64,000 nt of DNA from Vicugna vicugna (Eukaryota): the NCBI GenBank assembly GCA_013265495.1, contig MU058423.1, forward strand, positions 1,501,061 through 1,565,060, read 5' to 3'. Made by a program: the position numbers and the translations under genes. The stretch's first letter is position 1; each line of letters opens with the position of its first letter. Below, in pieces: positions 40,490 through 51,400 of this stretch. The notes beneath the pieces are model-generated. The model did not search any database, was not told the origin of the DNA, and was given only the letters and a program-made list of their open reading frames with translations.

Positions 40490-40790
40490 CTAAAAGTCAA
40501 ACCCCAAAAAAGTTATGGTTAGGAAGCTAACAGAAATAAAACGACAGGTGTTGGGAAAAAGATGGACCCTTCAGCTCTGACTCTGTAGCAGAAAATCCAG
40601 AATTGGCATGACTACAGTGTTCCTTAGAACTAAGCACTTTCAAATCTGTTATACCATTTCACTCACATAAAACTTCTCCAAGTAGAGAGGTAATACTTAA
40701 TTTATTCACATTTTACAGATTAAAAAAACTCAGGCATACCGGGGACTTTATAATGGAAGGATCAGACTGACCATACCTAGACCCCTAGGC

Positions 40791-41279
40791 TGTTAGCATA
40801 CTGATGCCATCTTAGGCCCTTTATAGTTTTTCCTGTCCTACAGCTAACCCTACCCAGGATTGTACTGTGCAGTAAATCATTTCTCTATCATCAAGGGCTT
40901 TGTAATTAATAGATATTGTGGTTTCTATGCTCTGTTGGTCCACAAATAATAATGAAAATCTTTGTTGACATATGCTCAGCTCCCACAAGACTAGTTACCC
41001 ATTCATGAATCTTGACTTAGGAATGGCTGTTCTGTTTCCAAGCACTTACCTTCAAACCCTCAGTTAACTATAAAATTGTCCCAGTAACCCCTTGGCGGTG
41101 CAGAGTGCAGCTGCAAATGCTTCCAGATTATTGTCCACCTGATTCCAATCTCACCCTGTGAATAAGTCACCCTATAACAAACTGATCCAGTGATTATATG
41201 GAGCTGTCTGCCTCGTTTTTTGGCCTCAAGATGTCTTTTGAGTTCAATAGGCACTTTTCATTCCCTCCATCCTCAGACA
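40791..41279 (+). mobile_element. 5' LTR of a class III endogenous retrovirus
   Basis: TG...CA termini (TGTTAG at 40791, CAGACA ending 41279), TATAAAA at 41069-41075, followed by a PBS-like sequence and gag-like sequence. The 5' boundary is less certain. Confidence 0.65.
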
Positions 41280-43915
41280 ATTGGGAGGCCAGGCAGGAGA
41301 CAGAAAATGATGCAGAAATGGATACGGGGGCCAAGCAAGGAAAAGCTCATTATCAGTGGGGGAAATCACACACTGGCCAGCCATTTCCATGTGGCGTGAT
41401 CTGGTTACGTTTATGGAAAACTTCAGGCTGGTGCAAGAGTACCCTGAAAACGTGAAGGGCTCACTAGATCTATTAAGTGGTTGGAAAATGAAAATGGAAA
41501 AAAAGTGAGCAAGCTATTGCAGCTGTTGCATGGCCTTTGTTATGCAGTTTAAGGATGAGCACAGACAAGGAATTACAGTTCAGCTGGGAACTAGAGAAGA
41601 CTAAAGAGGCACTAGCACTAGACAGGGATGTCTGGATGGCATGTTCTGCCACTTCAGACATTGTTTCAAAGAAAATACAACAGGAAGAATATAGTGAAGT
41701 GATGGGATGTAAGATGGCTAAATGTAGGGCCATAGGCTGCCCTGTTCAAAGGTGAGGACTATTATTTCACAGGAGAACTGGAACTCGAAGAGGTGGAATC
41801 CTTGGGCTAATGACTTGTCAGAAGACAAGGACATAACTATGGGGGAGGAAGAGGACCTATGGGCCTGGCTTCTGATCCAAACTAAATCACAGGCCACTAG
41901 AGAACGAAGAGATAATAGAGAGGAAATCCTTAAGAGCCAAAAAGCAACCATGCAGGAATTTTCCTCCCTGAATTAGTAGAATTAACCAGCAGATTTAAAC
42001 AAAAGAGTGAGGACTGCATTGCAGCCTAGGTGCTCCATTTATGGGATACTAGGGGAGATGGCATTATGTTAAATGGGTAAAATGGCTTTTGTTACAGCAC
42101 AGCCTGCCTTCTGGCAATGTTTGTATGTGACTGAGATGGGAGAAAATTGAGGGCACCCAGCCAACTTGATTGAATGGATTCATGTAGGTATAGATATGAT
42201 TTGGCCAAATGAGGGAGAAGAGCTGTCACCCCCTAAGATGGGCATCTATGGAAAAGTTACAAGAAATAGTGAGGGAAGTAGGAATGAAGTGTGCTATCTA
42301 TGCTCTTAATTTCCAGAGACCTAAAGAGAAGTTATTTACAACAGGCATGAAGGATTGTATCTTGCAGTCCACTCCAAGAGTTTGGTAGGGAAACTTAGAT
42401 TCAGTTTTGGCTCCAGTGGTTAATCCACTCATTCATATGGCGGTGGCCATGATAGCTGATCTAAATGACACTGAAAGGATCCAACATAGGGAAATAGATA
42501 ATTAGATTTAGATAAAACCAAAGAGAAAAAAAAAAAAACATGAGGAAACTAAAGAAAGGGGCCTGAATAGAATTTCTTGCAAGCAATTGTGGCAAGACCT
42601 GGTATTAGCCAGGACCCCTAAGGAGAATACAGATAAACAACCTAAGTTGGTCCTTTTAAACTTATGGAAAGTATTAACCTAAAGAAAAACAGTTTAAACT
42701 GAAAAATTGTACTCTACGCTGGAATTTGACACAACATTGTAAAATGACTATAACTCAATAAAAAATTTTAAAAAATATATAAATAAAATAAAGAAAAACA
42801 GTTTACTCCTCTGGCAACAAGAGAAAAAGAAGAATGGCACAACCCAGTGCTCTACCACTGAGAGAAGATGAAGAACAGGGGTGGATACCCCCAACTCCTA
42901 GGGAGTAGGAGTGGGGTCAATGTTGCTCCTTGGAGGGGATGAGTGGAGGCCCCATGATGAACAGACTATTGTTCCTGCATCAATAAAAAGATTGTTCTGG
43001 CTTTAGTGGATACTGGTGCCAAGTACACCCTGATTTGTGGGAATCTATCCAAGTTCCAAGGGGGAAAATGAGCCTTTGATGGAAATGGAGGCCAAATGTT
43101 GTAGTGAAACAAATGAACTTGTATTTACAAATTGGAAGATTGCCTCCCTGATCCCTTTTGTTTATTTTTACCCATACCTGAGTATACTTCGGGTATGGAT
43201 GTCCTACAAGACCTAGACTTCAAAAGGCAAGTTCTGCTTTTGGATCAGAGAGCTCAAGCCTGTAATCAAGGGTTATGCTAAATAAGGCCCCATGAAGTTT
43301 CCTATCCCCTGGAGATTGATAACAACAAAACAATATCACTTACCTGGGGGACAGGAATAAATAACAGCTATCATGAAGGAATTAGAGAAAGTGGTGGTAT
43401 ATGACTAGCACAAAGCCTGTTCAGTAGCCCCATGTGGCTAGTGGAAAAACCAAACCCCACCTGGTGCATGACAGCAGACTACAGAGAATTAAACAAGGTA
43501 GTACACCTTATCTATGCAGCAGTTTCATAGAAATCTTGAGTATGCTCTCTTCCTCTCTCAAAACATAGCATTGTGTCTTTCTTAGACTTTCTAACAACTT
43601 TTTCAGCAAACTCTTAGATAAGGGGTCCCAGGACCAGTACACCTTCACATGGTAAGGAAGACAATGGACTTTTACTGTCTTACCCCAAGGTTATCTGCAT
43701 AGTCCTGCTATATGTCATGGGATGGTGGCCCTGGGCTTGGAGAAATGGGCTCTCCCTCCCTCTAGTTCTCTGTCATTACATTGATCATATTTTGTTAGCC
43801 TATAATGGCTTGTTTTCTCTTTCCTAAGCCTCTGCATCTCTTCAGGAACATTTCAACATGGGGATGGGAGTTAAACCCTGAGAAGGTGCAAGGACAGGTA
43901 CAATCAGTAAAGTTT
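41280..43915 (+). mobile_element. Class III (ERV-L/ERV-S-like) proviral internal region: decayed gag, protease and partial RT; 3' half missing
   Basis: Protease LVDTGA (GAT ACT GGT at 43009-43017); RT motifs FSSPMWLVEKP..TWCMTADYRELNKVV (about 43420-43500), LPQGYLHSPAICHG (about 43680-43720) and HYIDH (decayed YIDD, 43774-43788); many stops and frameshifts. Confidence 0.88.
42697..42789 (+). mobile_element. 93-bp extreme 3' fragment of a young L1 inserted in the ERV gag
   Basis: Matches the 3' tips of the L1s at about 29280-29350 and 55400-55470; perfect TSD AAAGAAAAACAGTTTA at 42681-42696 and 42790-42805. Confidence 0.92.
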
Positions 43916-46482
43916 TTCAGCTGATTTCTTGGCAGAAACTTTGCAGGCCAGAAGGGAGTGGCATGACATATTCAAAATGCTGAAAAGGAAAAACCTGCAA
44001 CATAAGATACTCTACTTTAGGATGGAAGGAGAGTTTTAAAATTTCTTACATTAGCCAAAACTAAAAGAGTTCACTGATACAAAACCTACCCTAAAATAAA
44101 TTTTAAAAGATTTTCTCTGAGTAACAAAGTAAGGAAGCTACAGAAAAGGGAAAATCTAACTAGGAAAGGCAAATATATAGTAAAGACTAAGGATCAACCA
44201 CTTAAATAAGCCAGTATAAAGATTAAAAGACAAAAATATAAAAGTAAGTATAACTATAATAAACAGTTAAGGGATAAACATGAAGATATAAAATAGGACA
44301 GCAACAAATACAAAATTTCAGGTAAGGGAGTGAAAAAAAGTAGATCTTTTAGAATGTGTTTGAACTTAAATGACTACCAGTTTAAAACAAGTAGAAATAC
44401 CTATAGGTCAACATATATAAACCCAATGGTAACCACAAATTAAAAACCAACAATAGACACACAAAAATCAAAAAGAAAGGAACACAAGATGCTACTAAAG
44501 AAAATCATCAAACCACAAGAGAAGAAAGAAAAAGAAGAAGAAATGAACAGAGAAGAACTACAAAAACAACTGAAAAACAAGTAATAGGATGGCAATAAGC
44601 ACATATCTATCAATAATTACTATAAATGTCAATGAACTAAATGTTCCAATCAAAAGTCATAGGATGGACGATTGGATTAAAAAAAAGACTCTTCTATGTG
44701 ATGCCTATAAGAGATTCACTTGAGAGCTAAAGTCACACACAGACTGAAAGTAGGAGATGGAAAAAGATATTTCATTCAAATGGAAATGATAAGAAAACAG
44801 AGGTAGCAATACTCATATCAGACAAATGGATGCAAAAACAAAAGGTGTAGCAGAAGATAAAGAAGGGCATTATACAATGACAGGGATAAATTCAAGAGGA
44901 CATTACACTTGTTAAATGTATGCACTAATACAGGAGCATCTAAAAGTATAAAGCAAATACTAACTATCATAAAGGAAGAAATTGACAATAATACAATATT
45001 AGGAGACTTTAACACCCCACTTACATCAATGGAGAGATCATCCAGACAGAAAATCAAAAACGTGATACTGGTCTTAAATGACACAATAGACCAGTAGAAC
45101 CCAGTAACTATCTATAGGATATTACATTCAAAACCATCAGAATACACATTCTTTTCAACTATATTGGAGCTTTCACCAAGATAGATCACACACTAGGCCA
45201 CAAAACAAATCTTAACACATTTGAGAGGATAAAAAATTATATCAAGCATTTTTTTGTACCACCATGGTATGAAACAAGAGATCAATGACAGAAAGAAAAA
45301 TGGGAAAAGAATACTAAAAAAAAATGCTACTAAAAAAAAATGAGTCAATGAAGAAATCAGGAGGGGATTAGAAAATATCTTGAAACAAATGAAAATGGAA
45401 ACACACTGCTCCAAAATCTATGGGATGCAGCAAAAACAGTGAAAAAATGAAAGTTTATAATAATTCAAGCCTTCCTAGAGAACAAGAAAAATCACAAACA
45501 AACAATCTTACCTACCACCTAAAGGCCTTAGAAAGAGAAGGGCAAAGCCCAAAGTCAGCAGAAGGAAAGAAATAACAAAATCAGTGAAGAAATAAATGAA
45601 ATAGAGATTTTTTAAAATAGAAAAAATCAATGAAACCATAGCTTTCTTTCTTTTTTTTGAAAAGTAACTAAAATAGATAAACCTTTAGCTAGGCACACCA
45701 AGAAGAAAAGAGAGAGGACCCAAATAAACAGAATAAGGAATGAAAGAGGAGAAATAACCAATACCAGAGATAGAAAAAATAATGGGAGTACTACAAATAA
45801 TTATATGCCAACAAATCATGCAACCTAGAAGAAATGGACAAATTTCTAGAAACAAAGAATCTGTCACGATTGAATCAAGAAGAAACAGACAATTTTAACA
45901 GACTGATCACTAGAAGTGAAATTGAATTTATAATTTTAAAAAAGAGGCTCCCAGAAAACAAAAGTCCAGGACCATATTTTCACAAAGGGAATTTTACCAA
46001 ACATATAAAGAAGAACAAATACTACCCTTCTTAAGATATTCCAAGAAATTGAATAGAATGGAACAATATCAAATTCATTGTATAAGGCCACAATTATCCT
46101 GATATTAAAACCAGAAAAAGATACTATAAAAAATACAGGACAATATTTTTGATGAATATAGATGCAAAAACACACAACAAAATATTAGCAGAATAAATCC
46201 AACAATATATAAAAAGGATCATACACCATGACCAAGATGGATTTATTCCAGGGACACAAGGATGATTCAATATTTGAAATCATTCAGTGTGATACACCAC
46301 ATTAAGAAAGAGAAGGATAAAACTCACGTGATTATCTCAATAGATGTAGAAAAAGCATTTAACAAAATTCAATATCCATTCATGATAAAATTTCTCATCA
46401 AAGTGAGTATAGAGGAAACACACCTCAGCATAATAAAAGCTATTTATGACAAACCCACAGCCAGTGGTGAAAAGCTGAAAGC
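43916..46482 (+). mobile_element. Older L1 segment (ORF1 3' end through ORF2 endonuclease and early RT)
   Basis: gctgatttcttggcagaaactttgcaggccagaagggagtgg (ORF1), ILGDFNTPLTSMERSSRQKI (EN), [20 protein letters not shown] (RT). Confidence 0.88.
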
Positions 46483-47154
46483 CAGCATTATCCTAATAGC
46501 AAAATCAGACAAATATATTACAAGGAAAGAAAACTAAGGACAAATGTCTCATGAACATAGATGCAAAAATCCTCAAAAATTTGAAATTCAATACAAAAAG
46601 TATGTACAGGAGCATACACCATGACCAAGCAGGATTTATTCGAGACTTGCTGATTCAACATTTAAAAATGAATAAGCTCTAGAGATCTCCTATACAACCT
46701 AAACATCACTGATTATTGTACCTATAATTAACAATAATGTGCTGTTAAGTTTGTAAAGAAGATAGATCTCATGTTAAATGTTCTCATCACAATAAAATTG
46801 AATTAAGGCTAGGTCAACACTCTTAGAAAATCAATTAATGTAGTTGTATCAACAAACTGAAAAAGAAAAATCATATGATTGTAGCCAGCCATAGATGCAG
46901 GAAAAGCATTTGACAAAATCCAACACCCATTCATGATTTAAAAAAAGACTCAGCAAACTTGGAATAGAATGGAACTAGCTTAACTTGATAAAAAAAAAAC
47001 TACAAAAAAAAATACAGTTAGCATCATGCTTAGTGGTGAGAAACCTGAAGCTTTCCCACTAAGATCAGGTACAAGTCAAGGATGTCCCCTCTCACCAATC
47101 TTTTTCAACATTATACTGGGAGTCTTTGCTAATGCAATAAGGCATAAGAGGCAT

Positions 47155-47250
47155 AAAGAAAGGATGAAAGAAAGAGAGAAATAGAAAGAGAAAAAGAAAG
47201 GAAGGAAGGAAGGAAGGAAGGGAGGAAGGAAGGAAGGAAGGAAGGAAATA
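47155..47250 (+). repeat. Purine-rich (GGAA)n/(GAAA)n microsatellite
   Basis: gaaggaaggaaggaaggaagggaggaaggaaggaaggaagg, seen directly. Confidence 0.9.
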
Positions 47251-47984
47251 CAGATTGGAAAGGAAGACATAAAACTGTTTTTGTTCACTGGTGAAATGAT
47301 TACTTATGAAGAGAATCTGAAAGAATTAACAAAAAGATTCCTGGAACTAACAAACAATTATAGTAAGGTTGCAGGATACAAGGTTAATATGCAAAAATCA
47401 GTTGTTTTTCTATATTGCAACAATGAATAAATGGAATTTGAAATTAGAAACACAATACCATTTACATTAGCATCCCCCAAATGAAATACTTAGGTATGGA
47501 TCTAACAAAATAGGTAAAAGATCTGTATGAGGAAAACTCTGATAAACAATCAAAGAAGAACTAAATAAATGGAGAGATAAGCCATGTTTATGGATAGGAA
47601 AACTCAATTTTATTAACATGTCAGTTCTTCCCAACTTGATCTATAGATTCAATGCTACATCAATCAAAATCCCAGCAAATTATTTTATGGATATCAAACA
47701 ACTGATTCTAAAGTTTATGTAGAGAAACAAAAAACACAGAATAGACAATACAATATTGAAGGAAAAGAACAAGATGGAAGACTTACACTACTCAACTTCA
47801 AAACTTACTATAAACCTACTATCAAGACAGGATGGTATTGATGAATAAATGGACAAATAGTTTTAGAGAGTCCAAAAACAGACCTGCATATAGTCAACTG
47901 ATCTTTGACAAAGGAGCAAAGACAATACAATAGAGAAAATATAGTCTGTTCAACAAATGGTGCTGGAATAACTGGACATTCACA

Positions 47985-47987
<3 letters not shown>

Positions 47988-48030
<43 letters not shown>
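47988..48030 (+). repeat. Pure poly(A)43 tract
   Basis: 43 consecutive A residues. Confidence 0.95.
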
Positions 48031-48031
<1 letters not shown>

Positions 48032-48405
48032 AGATACCTTACACCCTTCACAAAAATTAACTCAAAATAGATCATAAAGCCAAAAGTAAAACACAAAACT
48101 ATAGAAATCCTAGAAGATAATATAGGAGAAAACCTACATGACCTTGGTTGTGATGATACATTTTTAGAAACAGCACCAAAAGCCTTATGCATGAAAGATG
48201 TAATTAATGAGCTGGACTTCATTAGAATTAAAATTTTCTGTTCTGCAAAAGTGGTGTCAGGAGAATTAGAAGACAAGCCATAGACTGGGAGAAAATATTT
48301 GCAAAAGACGTCTGATAAAAGACTTTTATCTAAATAGTTATATATTTTTAAAAACCGCTTAAAACTTTACAATAAGAAAACAACAAACCTGATTTAAAAA
48401 TGAAC

Positions 48406-51400
48406 TGGACCAAGGGCCAAGATGGTGGAGTAGAAGGATGCTCATAGCTCACCCTCTCCCACAAGTACACCAAAACTCACATCCACGGACCCACTCAGCC
48501 AACCAGAGCACCTGCCAAACTCCGACAGAACATCACCCTCTTCAAAAGACAAAGACGCCAAGAATCTGGTAGGAGAAAAGGAAAAAAGAAAGAAGAAAAA
48601 GCAAAACAGTGTGGGACTGGTCCCCTGGGGGAGGGAGCAGCAAAGGAGGAATAGTGCTCATTCACTGAATCTCCCCCTCTCCAACAGAGAGGCCAGCAGG
48701 ACAGAGGGGGAACCTCTGAGGCTCTGTTCTGTATGGAGCAGCCCTTGACCGACAGAACTAAGTTAAACAGGCATAGAAAGTCTCCGAAACTCCCAGCCTT
48801 AGAGGCAAAGTGGCAGGTGGCGGACGGGACAGGCTGCTCAAGATGGGCGGAGGACTGGGGCAGCTGCACTGAGACACCTCTGGGGGACTTCAGGGTGCTG
48901 TGTGCCATGGATGAGTGGGTACACAGGGCAGAACAACCTGGGCCCTCCATAAAACAACATGGCTGATGTGCCCTGGGGGGATGTGTGCCATACCCCCATC
49001 TCTGAAAACCCACCCAAGGTTTTTGGGAGAAGAGGGGCAGGGCTCAGGCACAGCTGCCATATCCTCTGGCACTTAACACCCAGGCAAGGGCAGGGTCAAA
49101 ACCTGAATCTGTACCTATGGGTTTAGCAGCCTCAAAGGCCGGACAGAGAATTGTCTACAGCCCCAGGCAGATAGGATTTTTCTGCCCAGGTACCTCAGAG
49201 GACTTGCTCCACCAAGACAAAAAGACAAACAGGGAGCTGAGTTTTGGCACGGAGCAGGGGCAGGACTGTCCCGCCATCTTCCCCAGTCTTCAACAAGCCC
49301 ACCTACAGAGCGCAGACCTGAGGCAGAGTGGGCAGCTTCACACAGTAGGGGAGTGACCTGCGGCAGGAGAGGGCGTGTGGCCACCCGCCTTCCTGGCAGG
49401 AGCATAGCACCTGACTGCAGTGCTGGGAGGGGACACAATCTGCTTTCCGAAAGGCACTGGGAGCAGCACTGATGAGGGGTGCAAACAGACGGCCTCTGGA
49501 AGCAGCAGGCTGAGTTTGTAAAACAGTGAAGACAGAAAGACTTCTTGATAAAATTATTAAGAGCTTACAGTCTCTACAAGAAAACATCCCCCCTCTTTTT
49601 TTTAATCTTTTAAAAAATCTGTTATATTTTCTATTACCTTTTTAATTTTTACTTTTTAAAAAATTGTATATGCTTCCAGTTTTAATCCCTTTAAAATTTT
49701 TCTTTTAAAATATTATTATTTTTAAAAATCCACCACATTTCATTTTTATTTCTCTTGGTTTTGATTTCCTGTTATTGATTATACGCAGGTTTCAAATATC
49801 TTTTTTTTGCTCTTTTCTCCTTTTTTTTTAAAGCTTTTAAAAGATGTTTCAACTCAATTGATAGTCTGATTCAAATTTCTCTTCTATTATTGATTATACA
49901 CGGTTTTCAACCTTTTTTTCCTTCTTTCTTTTAAAATTCTCTTTCTCTCTTTTTTTTAAAGTTTTATTCCTGCATAGGAGTTAGATAGATAAATAAATAA
50001 ACTCCTTAAGGACCGCAATAGATAACTGATACTCCATAAGCCACAGTGCCAGAGAGATACGAGCAAGATGAAGATCCAGAGGAACCACTCCCAATTAAAA
50101 GAGCAAGAGAAATCCCTTGAAAGAACAATCAATAAAATAGACATTGATGGCTTACTAGATCAAGATTTCAAAAAAGGAGTGATCAAAGTACTGAAGGAAC
50201 TAAAAGAGATAGTGCTTAGAGATATAAAATATGTCAAAAATGAAATTAAAGCTATAAAGAAGAACCAGGTAGAATTGGTAAACTCATTTGCTGAGATAAG
50301 AGCTAACCTAAAGGCTGTACAAAGCAGACTAGATAATGCAGAGGAATGAATAAGTGACCTAAAAGACAGGACAACAGAAAGCCCTAATCAGAAAAGCTGA
50401 GAGAAAAAAGGTAAAAACCAATGAAAACAACATAAGGGACCTATGGAATAATATAAAGCGTGCCAATCTTCGCATAATATGAGTTCCAGAAGGGGAAGAA
50501 AGAACAAAGGGGATTGAAAAGGTATTGGAAGAAATCATGACTGAAAACTTCCCAAAACTAAAGAAGGAATCAGACATCCAAGCACAGGAGGCTCAGAGGG
50601 GCCCAAACAGGAAGAACCCAAATAGACCCACACCAAGACATCATAATAAAGATGGCCAGAGTCACGGATAAAGAAATGATCCTAAAGGCAGCAAGAGAAA
50701 AACAAAGAGTGAGCTACAAGGAAACCCCCATAAGGCTCTCAGCTGATTTCTCTACACAAACACTACAGGCCAGAAGGGAGTGGCAAGATATATTCAAAGT
50801 CCTGAGTGAAAAAAGATGCAGCCTAGGATCCTTAATCCAGCAAGGCTATCCTTTAGAATAGAAGGAGACATACAGAATTTCACACACAAGCAAAAACTAG
50901 AAGGGTTTAGCAACACTAAACCCATGCTAAAAGAAATATTGAAAGGTCTACTCTAAATAGAAAAGAAGCAGGATGCTATAGAAATGAAAATCTCATAACT
51001 AGAAAGGTGATAACTCATGAATTACAAATAAAATAAACACAAAATTGTAAAAGAAGACATCTAAATCATTAAGAGTGGGAGAGGGAAGCAATAAAATATA
51101 GAGTATTTTTTGTTCTTTCTTTTTTAAGAAAGCTTTTTTAAGTTCTGTTTTCAGTAGGATGGGTTCGAGATTATATTACTATCTGTTTAATACAAACAGT
51201 TATAGTAATGGGTTAATAGAGTTACAAAAAAAGGGTAACCACAAGCCAAAAACTTACAAATGAATCACAAAAACTAAATAAAATGCAAGATAATATAAAC
51301 AAAAATTACCAAACCACAAAAGAAGAAAGGAACAAAGAGGAAATACCAAATCAACTGCAAAAATAAGTTCAAAATGGCAATAAACACACATCTATCATTA

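Noticed and set aside
40791..43915. Domesticated retroviral gag/pol gene
   Set aside because: No ORF over about 90 aa, catalytic YIDD decayed to YIDH, and an L1 insertion in gag.
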